From Thecamonas trahens ATCC 50062 (lineage: Eukaryota; Protista; Apusomonadida), in assembly GCF_000142905.1 (NCBI RefSeq), contig NW_013657630.1, positions 122,434 through 186,433 on the forward strand: a stretch of DNA of 64,000 nucleotides. Reading direction: 5' to 3'. Positions 28,294 to 39,555 of the stretch are shown one piece after another; positions within the stretch are counted from its first letter, which is position 1; each line of letters begins with the position of its first letter. The position numbers and the translations under genes were made by a program. The notes beneath the pieces were generated by a model. The model worked only from the letters and a program-made list of their open reading frames with translations. It was not told the origin of the DNA and made no database searches.

Positions 28294-31200
28294 TCAATGA
28301 TAGGTCGAGGTGACCTGCGACGAGCCGATGGGTCCAGTCATCCACGAGTCGACGCCCGACGAGAGGCCCGTGTTCTGCTGGAGGGTGTACTCCGAGTAGC
28401 CAGCCGAGGTCATCTGCGCGCCAACTTCGTCGGTTGTTGTCGACTGGACTGAGTTGACGGCACCGGCAGACGTGACGGTCGAGAGCGCTCCCGACGATCG
28501 CGATTGGATGTTGCTCGACGAGGTGCCGAGTGCACCCGACGACGACTTGTCCTGCGGCAGGATCGTCGTCGACGACGGCTTGGGTGGCTGGGCCGCAGAC
28601 AGCTTCGGATCGCCCTTGTTGTTGTCATCATCGCTGTTCGATGCCGCTGATGCCGAGGTCTCGATGGCCGAGTCCGGCTCGAGGCCGTCGGACGCAGCCG
28701 AGAGCTGCGTCTGGAGGCAACCTGGCAACACAACCGCAGGTTCAGGCGGTGTCATCGGCTTGACCTCGGGCTCTACCTTGGGCGCTGCCTCGTGGTCCGA
28801 GTCCGGCAGCGGGGCGAGGGTGAGGAGCGTCGGCGACTTGAGCGCGGCTGCAAGCTTAGCGAGGTTCCGCATGTACGCCGCCCACTTTTGCGACGAATGG
28901 TACAGGTGCGCAATGGCAGTTTTCTGCTTGGTGCAGAGTGGGATGCGCCGCATGGCGGTCGCGCTCTCGAGGTAGTCAAACACGACATGGCCCGGCATAC
29001 TCCGAGTTGCACTGCCTGGCGGTGCCATCACCGCCGGATCCGAAACCGCCAGATAGTGCAGGCTCGGGTCGTGGGCCCAGGCCTCGCGCCCGAGGCTCAC
29101 CACCATCGGCGAGAGCTTCAACTGCGCATCGAGATGCGAGAGTGGGGCAAAGACTGGGTGCGTCACCGTGAAGCGCGTCACCAACAACCCGCCGGTGCTG
29201 ACCTTGAAGGCAAACGGGCTGCGGAACGGCTCGAAAACGAGCTTGAGCGCCGAAATGACGTCGTCCGCCACCGCCGCCAGCCGCCGCCCGTAGATGTCAA
29301 ACGGGGCGAGGTGGAGCGTGTACTCCTGCCCGGCGGTGATAATAAACGCCCGCCGCCCGAGCGTCACCAGATCAAACTTGGACGAGACCGCAAAGCATGC
29401 CTCTTTGACGCCCAGCCGCTTACGCGTCATGTTCTCGCCGGTACAGAGCATGTCAATGCGCGAGTTGGCCAGCGAGAGCCGGTGCAGGTAGAAGAGGAAC
29501 GGCGAGCCGCCCACATGGTGTCCGTTGACCAACACATCCAGCCGCATCGGGCCTTCCTTGTCCTGCGGCAACGCCACGTACAGCTTGTGCTGGTTCAAGT
29601 CGGCCGAGACCGCCACCCCTCCGTGCGTCTGCGAGATCCCGGTCATGAGTTCGGTCAGCGTCCCGGTCACCACCACCATCGACGCCTTGTTCGGCAGCTG
29701 CGACGTGCTCGAGGGCGAGTCGTGCGACGACGACACATTAGTCAGATTGCTCGCCGTCACTACATCCTGCGGCGAGCCGACGCAAAACCGCATCGCGTAC
29801 TCGCGCGACTGCGAGCCAAGGAGGAACCACGAGATTGGGATGCCCACGGGTGTGCCACACAGAAACGGCGCAGACGGCGTTACTCCAGGCATCGCCTGTC
29901 CAGACGCCTCTGCCAGTGCCGCCCACCGCCGTTGCGACTGCATGAGCCGCCGCCGTGTGGCAAACATCTCGACGTCGTCGGCATCGGTCTCGTACACCCG
30001 CCAAGTCCCACTCCCTGTCATGGTCACGTCGGCGTCGCCGTGCGCTGCGCCCATCGCCACCACCTCGTACGACGCCACAGGCACAGGTGCCGTCTCGCCC
30101 GGTGCACGCAGCGCAAACGTGCCCAGCTCCGGCATGACAAACATGACAATGTCGTCCGCGTCCAGCTCAATGAGCAAGCCGTCCGAGATCCCAGTCTGAT
30201 CGCCGAGGATGAAAGAGCCCGAGCCGCTAACACCCGATCGCCCTAATGATGAAGGCAGCAGACCCGTCGCATCGTCGAGCGAAGCAAAGAACGCCGTGTC
30301 TTCGCACGACGACATGGCCGACGCCACGCCAACATCGAGCAACGCATCCGCCTTGTCGTCATCCGCGCCATCGCTCTTGATCCCATCCTGCTCGTCGTTG
30401 GCGCCGCGCCTGCGCTCGCCAACGTCAGGGGTGTCGCCGTCGCCAGCATAATTACCGAGCGGCACACGTATTCCGTCAATGTTCGCCGACGACGACACGA
30501 CTACCAGTGGTGACGACAGCGGATGCGACGACTCTACGTCAAAGTCAGCCACGTCTGATGCCACATCATCAACCTCCTGCTGCTCGACTTCCTCGGCAAC
30601 AAACACAAGCTCCAGGTGCTGCCCATCCGCAGCGTCAAACGCCGCAGCAGAGCCAAACAGCTCGCTCACGCAATCGGCTTCGCACCCGCACTCGTCCTCT
30701 TGCTCCTCGACCTCAGACTCGGATTCAGAGAAGCTCAAGCTCACCTCGGCGCCATCATCCACCGCCTCGACCGAAGACTGCTGCTCCTCGGCGATCTCCT
30801 TGCCCTTGGCAATCAGCCGCGCCGCCGCCACTCGTGCGCCCTGTGGGCTGACTTCGGAAATTGAGTTGAGGCTCGAGTCATAGGACGCCTTGGTCTTTCC
30901 GGTTGTCGACGAGAGCGAGGTGTCGAGCCGCGACTTGGAGATCGAGCGCGAGGCCGACAAACTCTCCTTCGAGTCGTGGAGCTTGGTGGTTGCAGCCGAG
31001 CGGGAGGCGGAAGACTTGGCCTTGCGAGCTGCTTGGCCCGACGCTTTCCCGCGCTTGGACTTGGCCTTGTCCGGGAACGCCCGCGATGAGGCCTGCGAGC
31101 TGGTGCCGACACGGTTGCGCGACGACGACGACTTGATGCGATCCACCATCTTGGTCCGCACATCGGCATCGGCACCCATACTCCGCCGCGGCGCAGACTT

Positions 31201-33879
31201 GGTCGTAGACGACCCGCCCGCGGGCGACTTGACAATGTCAAAGGCCTCCGAGTGCAAGATCTCATTGGCGAGAATGCGCCAGAGCGGTGCCTTTTTGCAC
31301 CGCCACAGCACCATGTCCGGAACCAGAGGTGAGCAGCGGACAAAGGCGCGCGAGACAAGGCGGACTTCGCCAAGTGACGGCGGCGAGGCCTTGGTCGTCG
31401 CGACCAGGCCGACTGCCACGTGTGTCGACGGATTCTGCGCCACTGGCCGCCACACAAACAGCGGCGGTGATGTCGACTGCTCTGACCACACCAGTGCGTA
31501 CGAGACCGGCCTCACAAGGGCGCTATGGTCACGCGCCACCACAATGGGGTGCTTCTTCGGCACCGAGTGCCGGTTATGGAGCGCGTGCCCGAGACGCACA
31601 TACCCAGACGGCGGGAGCGGCCGCCAGACCGAGAGCTTCTTGGTCGCCGCATGCATGCCCGAGTTGGTCCACACCAGCGCCAGCGACGCGCCGCGGAAGA
31701 GCTGCGGAGGTGGGTGGAGGACATGGCCCGGGAGGAACCGGTGCATAACCAGCGGTGGTGTGGTGGTGAGCACAGGATCCAGGCCCCACGTAATGGTCCC
31801 GGTGTAGTGGTTGAGCGCCATGACTATCGTCTGCGCCACAAGGCCGACAGACTGGCGCTTCTTGGACATCTGCGGCCGGATCTTCCACATTGGCGAGCGC
31901 TCTGACTTGGCCACAAACGCAACCAGCTCGCGCTTGTGGACCGTCACCACCGAGGACACCGCTGGCATGTCGGCTGTATGGGTGCAGACCACCCCGAGCG
32001 CCACATGGTCTGCGTCCGGTGGAATCGGCTCCCACATCCACAGCGGCCTATGCCGCTGTGACGACGACCACAGGAGCCGGAAGCCGCGCGGCTCAGCAAA
32101 GGCTTGGCACGACACGTGCCCCACGAGCACCGGCCACCGCGGTGGCTCCGGGCCAAGCGAAATGGTGTCGCCAAACCGGACAACGCCAGGGACGATGTTA
32201 ACCCGCCACGCCGTAAACGAGAAAGGCGGCGAAGACTTGCGAGCCTCGGTCGTTGGCACGAGGTGCTGTTCAACCCGATACATCTTGCCCTCGCCAATGA
32301 ACGAATACTCGCCCACAAAGGTGACGAGCGGCGGAAGTGCCTGCACAAGGTGCGGTGGCAACGGCCGGCTTGCCGGTGGCCGCTTTGGCGACGGCAGTGG
32401 TGAGTGCGTCGCAGAGGTTGAGAGCGAGCCACCTGGAAAGCCTGTCGTGGCGTGGATCGAGGCCGGCGTAGACTGGTCGCGGACAGCGTCGGCCATTGCT
32501 TGCCGACTGACTGTCGGCGGCAGCAGCAGTGCGTCAAGCCAGTCCGGCACTGGTGCGAGCACATCGCCAGGCATCGACGTCACTCCGCCAGAAAGCGCAT
32601 TGCCGAGCCAGTTTGGCTGGTACGGCAGCCCGTCCGCATCACGGAGCGAGACGTCGAGCGCCACAACCTGCCCGTGGTGGAAGATCTCTGATGCAAAGAC
32701 ATGGCTCGCGTTGTCAAAGTACAGCGCAGAGTTGGTAGAAATGCCCGAGTGCGGCGGCGAGACCGGGCCGGCGCAGAATGCAACCGTCAAATGCGCCTCA
32801 GGCACAAAGGTTCGGTCGTACCACACCGCCATGGTGAAGACGCCGGTGGCGAGCGAGTTGAGTGAGATCTTGATCTGACCTGGAGCCGTCAGCGACATCG
32901 TGACGTATGTCGGCGGCCCAGTGCAACCCGGCACCGGTGGCCAGCAGCCTTCGCTCGCCCCGCCAGCCTCACCGCCAGCTCCGCACGCCCGCTTTGGCGG
33001 CGGCGGTGGCGGCATGGTCGACATCGTTGCGCCGCGGTGCATACCCCCACGCGACTCATATGTCGACTCGAGGTCCTGGTCAACCTCGCGGGCTCGCTGA
33101 GAAGCGTCAGTACCGGGAACCGCATACTGCAAACGGAGAACCTCGACTTGAATCTTGTCGAGTGCAGCGACCGTCGGCTGGCCGTCGGCGCCCAAAGCAA
33201 GCAGCGTCAGCGCTGACGAGCCGGGCGCAAAGGCGGTGGCAAAGTGAGAGGGGAAGGCCTGCTCCGAACGCAGATCGGTGCCGCTTCGGCCAATACGAGC
33301 ATCGTCCACGGCAAACTGCTCCAGCGAGTACTTGAGCCGTGCCGACGACCCGTCTTTGCTTCTGCCACCGGCCACAAACCTGCGGAGCACAGCAGCGGCT
33401 GCCGACGACGAGTGCGGGCCAGATACCACACCGACGACAAAGCCTGCAACCGGCTGCTTCTCGTTCTCTTCTCCGATCTCAGCCGGATTTGGCGGCGGCG
33501 GGACGAGCGGTGGAGCGGTAGCTGACGACGGAGACGGCGATTGAACCAAGGTCGGCTGACGCCTCAAGCGCATGCGGATGACTTCGTCGGCCAAGGTGGC
33601 CGAGACGACCGGAACGTGAGCCGCTGACTTTGCCACACCATGATGCAGATCCTCAACCAGACCACCAGGTGCAGCTTGACCTTGTTCCCATTGCTCCCTC
33701 AGCCAGAGCGTGCCTCGATGGAGTGCAAAGGCAAGCGAGAGGGACTCCCACTCGTAGACGGCGGCGACGGCAGACGCGGCCTGAAGGCGACGAAAGAGAA
33801 AGGCACAGATGGCCCCTGCCACAATGCATGCCACTCCAAGGGCCGCAAGCGCAACAACCTCGCCTTCAAAAAACGCCAT
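28294..33879 (-). CDS. Large (about 1860 aa) protein with an N-terminal TM anchor, three Vps62-like repeats and Ig/filamin-like segments
   Basis: TM VVALAALGVACIVAGAICAFLF after ATG 33879. Repeats LWMWEPIPP..HVALGVV, LSVWRPLPPSGYVRLGH and LFVWRPVA..HVAVGLV at about 31290-32100. LDVLVNGHHVGGSPF is a filamin-like strand. Confidence 0.75.
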   Translation of the reverse strand: MAFFEGEVVALAALGVACIVAGAICAFLFRRLQAASAVAAVYEWESLSLAFALHRGTLWLREQWEQGQAAPGGLVEDLHHGVAKSAAHVPVVSATLADEVIRMRLRRQPTLVQSPSPSSATAPPLVPPPPNPAEIGEENEKQPVAGFVVGVVSGPHSSSAAAAVLRRFVAGGRSKDGSSARLKYSLEQFAVDDARIGRSGTDLRSEQAFPSHFATAFAPGSSALTLLALGADGQPTVAALDKIQVEVLRLQYAVPGTDASQRAREVDQDLESTYESRGGMHRGATMSTMPPPPPPKRACGAGGEAGGASEGCWPPVPGCTGPPTYVTMSLTAPGQIKISLNSLATGVFTMAVWYDRTFVPEAHLTVAFCAGPVSPPHSGISTNSALYFDNASHVFASEIFHHGQVVALDVSLRDADGLPYQPNWLGNALSGGVTSMPGDVLAPVPDWLDALLLPPTVSRQAMADAVRDQSTPASIHATTGFPGGSLSTSATHSPLPSPKRPPASRPLPPHLVQALPPLVTFVGEYSFIGEGKMYRVEQHLVPTTEARKSSPPFSFTAWRVNIVPGVVRFGDTISLGPEPPRWPVLVGHVSCQAFAEPRGFRLLWSSSQRHRPLWMWEPIPPDADHVALGVVCTHTADMPAVSSVVTVHKRELVAFVAKSERSPMWKIRPQMSKKRQSVGLVAQTIVMALNHYTGTITWGLDPVLTTTPPLVMHRFLPGHVLHPPPQLFRGASLALVWTNSGMHAATKKLSVWRPLPPSGYVRLGHALHNRHSVPKKHPIVVARDHSALVRPVSYALVWSEQSTSPPLFVWRPVAQNPSTHVAVGLVATTKASPPSLGEVRLVSRAFVRCSPLVPDMVLWRCKKAPLWRILANEILHSEAFDIVKSPAGGSSTTKSAPRRSMGADADVRTKMVDRIKSSSSRNRVGTSSQASSRAFPDKAKSKRGKASGQAARKAKSSASRSAATTKLHDSKESLSASRSISKSRLDTSLSSTTGKTKASYDSSLNSISEVSPQGARVAAARLIAKGKEIAEEQQSSVEAVDDGAEVSLSFSESESEVEEQEDECGCEADCVSELFGSAAAFDAADGQHLELVFVAEEVEQQEVDDVASDVADFDVESSHPLSSPLVVVSSSANIDGIRVPLGNYAGDGDTPDVGERRRGANDEQDGIKSDGADDDKADALLDVGVASAMSSCEDTAFFASLDDATGLLPSSLGRSGVSGSGSFILGDQTGISDGLLIELDADDIVMFVMPELGTFALRAPGETAPVPVASYEVVAMGAAHGDADVTMTGSGTWRVYETDADDVEMFATRRRLMQSQRRWAALAEASGQAMPGVTPSAPFLCGTPVGIPISWFLLGSQSREYAMRFCVGSPQDVVTASNLTNVSSSHDSPSSTSQLPNKASMVVVTGTLTELMTGISQTHGGVAVSADLNQHKLYVALPQDKEGPMRLDVLVNGHHVGGSPFLFYLHRLSLANSRIDMLCTGENMTRKRLGVKEACFAVSSKFDLVTLGRRAFIITAGQEYTLHLAPFDIYGRRLAAVADDVISALKLVFEPFRSPFAFKVSTGGLLVTRFTVTHPVFAPLSHLDAQLKLSPMVVSLGREAWAHDPSLHYLAVSDPAVMAPPGSATRSMPGHVVFDYLESATAMRRIPLCTKQKTAIAHLYHSSQKWAAYMRNLAKLAAALKSPTLLTLAPLPDSDHEAAPKVEPEVKPMTPPEPAVVLPGCLQTQLSAASDGLEPDSAIETSASAASNSDDDNNKGDPKLSAAQPPKPSSTTILPQDKSSSGALGTSSSNIQSRSSGALSTVTSAGAVNSVQSTTTDEVGAQMTSAGYSEYTLQQNTGLSSGVDSWMTGPIGSSQVTSTYH

Positions 33880-34528
33880 GCTCCGTGTGACTCGCCCTCT
33901 GCTTCCCGCACACCAACCACAGAGAGTTGTCTGACGGCTCTCTGCCTGCCTCGCCCAAAGCTCGGTTGCGCCCGGTTGCGTTCGCTGGCCAACGACCGAG
34001 AACCACTCGCGCGGGATAGACGTGGGGGGTGGGGGGTGGGTATGGCATAAAAAACTTTTTTGAGTGGCGCCAAGACGCAACGTCACCCAACTGGTCACAA
34101 ACGTTTTCGCTTGCTGCCAAGTTGGCTCTTGTCGTTGCAGTAATTGATGCTGCCGAAACGAGTAGTTTAAAGAAAGCCGGGACTACGGGGAAGCTTGGTG
34201 GTGGCAACGTGTATTGAGGGCGAGTACGTGTGATCGCTGGCCGTAGGATAGTGTATGGGTAAGATCCAGTTGGGTGGCTCAACAGGGGACGCTTGTCGAG
34301 GACGACGAGGCCATCTGGTCGAGTACGCAGTCATCTCTTGACAGGCAACGACCTGGTCTTGACGGCTGCGGAACAGTTCGAGAGCAAACGTGGCAGGAAA
34401 CCGCAACAGCACCAAGCAGGGCGCATACATCTCTCATCGTTTCGAGGCAGGCTCGACATCAGCATTGCAGGTAAGAGACGTGCTCGCACCTGTTTGTCTC
34501 TTCGGCTGCATCTGCCTACTTGTCCGGC

Positions 34529-37500
34529 ATGTCGCGCTCGAGCTCGATATCGAGCCACACACGGCTCAACGTCTCGCAGTCCCTCGCCGAACTCCCCACT
34601 CAGTCATCGCTTGTTCTCGACGACTCGGCCAACGATTGTGACGTCTCCGAGTTAGACGCTGAGAATGGCGTGTCCGCTTCGTTCTCGGATTTCGATGGCT
34701 CGCTCAGCGCATCGCGCGACGACTCGAGCATCGACTACGCCCGGCGGAGCTTGTTGCGCGACAGCCCCCGATCGATGTCGCGCGCTTCCGACTCGTCCTT
34801 GCCCGTGCAAGGTGCCATGCGCAAGCGCGCCATCGAGTCGAGGTTGGAGCGTGTAGTCGAGATGCATTCCGAGCGGAACTCGATGTTGCAGGCGGATATC
34901 TCCAAGACCAGGTCGTCTTCGTCCTCGTTGTCATCGTCATCATCATCGACGTCATCGTCCTCTACGCCGTCGTCGCCGTCATTATCACGGTCCTCAGCGA
35001 GGGGCTCGGGGTCAACCAGAAGAACCAAGCTGCCTCTATTGATGCACTCTAACCCCTGCAACAGAATCCCCGATGACACCACGATGAGCCGCTCCGACTC
35101 GACAGCCACAGACACGTCAGACGCGATGCTCAATGTGACATCCATTCTCAACCACAAGAGCGGGGAGCATCTACCTGCTGGTGTGGCTGGCAAGTCGCTG
35201 TACATGGCAATGGTCGACGAGCCAACCAGCGCTTGGTCGCTGCCAGATGAGATGACGCGGCCAGAAAGCTCTGCGCACCAGCCAACCACACCGTCGCCTC
35301 TCTCGTCGCCCTCGAATACCTGCCTGGCGCCACTTTCAGGCAACGGTGGTCGCTCTCTGGGCGGAGGCAAAGGCCGGTCGTCGTCGCGGTCGATCGTGCG
35401 GCTCAAGTCAAAACAGTCACTTCGACGGCGGGCAACGTCGATGAACGACTCGGCAGCGCGATCGCAGTCGCGATCGCGTGTGAGGGCCCGCGCTGCATCG
35501 CCGTCTGACGCCCAGCCGGTAGGACCCAAGCGCATCACGCCTTTTGAAGCCGCCAAGCTTGCCAAGCAAGTGGAGACCCTGTCGCGCCAGATCGAGAACA
35601 CCGATGCGGTGGTAGAGAACCAGACCCACGAGCTTGCTGTAGCAAGCACAACCATTTCCGAGCTCTCGTCGACAGTTCGCGCGCTGCGAAAGCACATCGC
35701 GCGGCTAGAGGAGAGCAACAGCTCCGGTGCCGGAGGTGCTGTGGCCTCGGAGGTCGCGCTCGAGCTGCAGCAGAAAACGAGTCGCTGCGAAGCCAGCTAG
35801 ATCAGCAGAGGCGGCAGGGCCAGGATCTGCAGTCGCAGCTTGCGCCACTTCGGGTCCTGCACTCCGCAGTCGCCTCGCACTTGCTCAATGCACAGCTCAA
35901 GATCAAGGCGCTCAATGCCCAGGTGCGGTCGGCCAACGACGAGCTCTGCGCGCTGCAGCAAGCACACGCGGCACTGGCCGAAGAGAATCGCCAGCTGCAC
36001 AAGCAGACCGATATGGCTCAGGCCCGCGATGCGGCGTACACTACACTCCTGGCTGAGCATGCTGCGCTGCTGGAAAGGATGAGTGAGCTGGAACTCGGCG
36101 CTGAGAACGCTACGCTTGGAGCGATGGCGCGCCGAGCGGACGCGTTCCGTAACCAGCTTCATCTCGAGCTCGAGGCCAAGGACGACGTAATCAGTGAGCT
36201 TGAGCTCAAGCTGGCCAGCGCGCAGCGGATCCGCGCGCGCTTCGAGTTGGCGCTCAACGAGCAGGCAATTGAGGCTGACACTGAGCGTCAGAAGCTGTCC
36301 CAGGCAACCAAGCTCATCCGCAATCTGGAGAGCCAAAACGCGCAGCTTCGCGATCCAGGTATGCAAGCCCCGATGGGGCGAGTCGCGCTGCTTTTCACCG
36401 ACGTGCAGGGCTCGACGCGGCTGTGGGCGGCGGATCCGGAGAACATGAGCGAGGCGCTCTGGGCACACAACACGGTCATCCGCGAGTGCCTCGCCGAGTG
36501 GCAAGGGTATGAGGTCAAGACCGAGGGTGACGCGTTTATGGTGGCGTTCGCCGATCCACGCGACGCCGTTGCGTGCGCGCTCCGCATTCAGTCGGCACTC
36601 CTCGACATCGCATGGTCGCCCAAACTCCTCGAATCGGACGATGCAGCAGAGGACTACGACGCCGATGGTGTGCTTGTATATTGCGGCTTCCGAGTCCGCA
36701 TGGGCATCCACATCGGCGAGCCGGTAACCCGTCGTGACCCGACCCATCACCGCATGGATTACTTTGGCTCGGTTGTCAACCTCGCGGCGCGTGTGGAGAG
36801 CAAGGCGCAAGGTGGACAGGTGTTGATATCCGAGGAGACGCTTGCAGCCATCCGGCCCATGGACGATCTTACCATCGGCATGCCGGCGCCACTGCTTCCG
36901 GCCGGATCGTCTTCGGCCGGGGGGACACACGATGTGCTCGACCATGCGCATATTGTCCCGCTGGGCGCCACCGAGCTGAAGGGCATCCCCCATCCCGTCA
37001 CACTCTTCCAGGTTGCTGCCAACGAGCTCGCCGGGCGAATCTTTACTGCTTGGGGTGCCATGAATGATGAGGACCCGTCGCCCCCGGTCGAATTGATGAC
37101 CCCAGAGGTTGACTCGATCGCCTTGTCGGTCGTCGTCCCGTCTGGCTCGAGCCACACGCTCGCCCTGCCGACGGCATGCTCGCACTCGGAGCTCTTGCCG
37201 ACCGAGGCAGCGCTTGTGCCATCACAGATCCAGGCAAGTCTCACTGCTGCCGAGGCACGCATTCAAGACCTTGAAGACGAGCTGGAACGAACCCAGGTTG
37301 TCAAACAAGGAACCAGTGCACGGCTGGTTGATCTCACGCAGGAAGCCAAGGATACACGCGAGTCTACAGCAGAACTGCAGGAGCGGCTTGTGGTGGCAGA
37401 GCGAGCCCGCGCCAAAGCGGCGGCGCGAGGTGAGATTCTCGAGTCCCAGCTTGCGAATGCTAGCGACGATGCCCGCCACGATGCAGAGATGGCCAAGACT

Positions 37501-39551
37501 CGGATTGCGGCGTTGGAGGGTAGCCTCGAGGAGAGCAAGGTGTCTCTGCAGCAGGCATCGGATGCGCATGCGGCGGCGGCGGCCGAGGCAGTCAGCTTGG
37601 GGGTCCAGCTGGAAGATGTGCGCCGTCAGGCCCGGATGCAGGTTGAGCGTCTGGAACTCGAGGTCGAGCGGTGCCGGCGGCGGGAGTCGCAGCTGACAGA
37701 CGAGCTTGCAGTGGCGCGCACCGACGCTGACCGACGTGCCGACGAGTATCGTACGCGCGAGCTGGCGTGGCAAGCTGATCTCGATGAGCTTCGCACCACT
37801 GAGCGCGCCTGTCGAATTGCAGCCGAGGATCTTGCCCACAATGTCGAGGCCAAACTACGACGAACCGAGGCGGCTCTCTCCAGCGCCGAGCAGCGACGGG
37901 ATGAGCTTGAAGCTTCATCCCATAAGCTGTTGGAGACGCAGTGGATGATGGCGGCCAAGGATCGCGAGCTCGAGTTCAAGCTTAATGAGCTGGTCACCAA
38001 GGACCGCAAACTGAAGGAACTGATGCAGGAACTGGGCACCAACGAGCAGGCACTGTCAGATGCCAGGCGTGAGCTTGCTGATGCTAAGCGGAAGCTGGCC
38101 AGCAACGAGCAGTCGCTGGCAGATGCCAGGCGCGAGCTTGCTGATGCGAAGCGGGAACTAGCCCACAACGAGCAGGCGCTAGCAGATTTCAGGCGCGAGT
38201 TCGATGACACCAGGCAGGAGTTGAGCACTAGAGATCAGGCGCTGGCCGATTCCAGGCGCGAGCTCGATGATACCAGGCAGAAGTTGAGCACTAGAGATCA
38301 GGCGCTGGCAGATTCCAGGCGCGAGCTCGATGACACCAGGCAGGAGTTGAGCACTAGAGATCAGGCGCTGGCAGATTCCAGGCGCGAACTCGCGAGCTGG
38401 CGTGGCAAGCTGATCTCGATGAGCTTCGCACCACTGAGCGCGCCTGTCGAATTGCAGCCGAGGATCTTGCCCACAATGTCGAGGCCAAACTACGACGAAC
38501 CGAGGCGGCTCTCTCCAGCGCCGAGCAGCGACGGGATGAGCTTGAAGCTTCATCCCATAAGCTGTTGGAGACGCAGTGGATGATGGCGGCCAAGGATCGC
38601 GAGCTCGAGTTCAAGCTTAATGAGCTGGTCACCAAGGACCGCAAACTGAAGGAACTGATGCAGGAACTGGGCACCAACGAGCAGGCACTGTCAGATGCCA
38701 GGCGTGAGCTTGCTGATGCTAAGCGGAAGCTGGCCAGCAACGAGCAGTCGCTGGCAGATGCCAGGCGCGAGCTTGCTGATGCGAAGCGGGAACTAGCCCA
38801 CAACGAGCAGGCGCTAGCAGATTTCAGGCGCGAGTTCGATGACACCAGGCAGGAGTTGAGCACTAGAGATCAGGCGCTGGCAGATTCCAGGCGCGAGCTC
38901 GATGACACCAGGCAGGAGTTGAGCACTAGTGATCAGGCGCTGGCAGATTCCAGGCGCGAACTCGATGACGCTAAGCGAGAGCTGACCGCCAAAGAGCAGA
39001 CTCTGGCAGGCGTCCGGAGCGAGCTGGTGCTGGCAATGGATATGAACCTTCAGCTGGAGGCTGACGCGTGGCAGGCGCCTCCACCAGAGAACGAGCTCGC
39101 CATCAATGCTGCCAACGAACGGGCCAGCCAGGCCGAGGCCGAGCTGGCTCTCTGCCAAAACGAGTTGGCAAAGGCACGTAAGGCACAGATGTCCTTGACA
39201 GTCGACGACAAGTCCCAATCTGCGTTACAGAGCACAATCAGTGCGCTGTCCAACAGTCTGGCGCTTCTCCAGAACCAACTCGCATCGGCTTCCGCCGCCG
39301 AGACCGCAGCCCGTCGCAGCGAGGCGGCAGCCCGCGCCGCCGAGCACGATGCCCGCAAAGAGGCTTCTGACGCACGACAGGAGCTGAAGCTCGTCCGACA
39401 AAACATGCTCGCGGCAGAGGCGCTCGGCGAGAGCCGGGCCGCGTGCGCCACTGGCGAGCTGGAAGACGAAATCAAGCTACTTCGCGCGGAGCGGACATGG
39501 CTGCTTGATGAGCTCGAGATCGCACGGGTCAAGGCAGGCCTGCCACTGTGA
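34529..39551 (+). CDS. Coiled-coil soluble class III adenylate cyclase, interrupted by a frameshift (about 35774-35777) and a frame-breaking tandem duplication (37756..38962)
   Basis: Cyclase domain at about 36370-37030: LLFTDVQGSTRLW, GYEVKTEGDAFMVAF, RVRMGIHIGEP, MDYFGSVVNLAARVES. The K and D residues indicate ATP specificity. Ser-rich N-terminus, long heptads, no TM seen; the 5' end is uncertain. Confidence 0.85.
37756..38962. repeat. Direct tandem duplication (635-bp and 572-bp copies) containing 63-bp (21-aa) coding repeats
   Basis: cgcgagctggcgtggcaagctgatc... starts at both 37756 and 38391. The unit DDTRQELSTRDQALADSRREL occurs three times in copy 1 and twice in copy 2. Confidence 0.95.
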
Positions 39552-39555
39552 CCTA

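Noticed and set aside
35761-35800. Programmed -1 ribosomal frameshift or pseudogene status for the four broken genes
   Set aside because: There are no X XXY YYZ slippery heptamers and no further decay; homopolymer sequencing error is more parsimonious.
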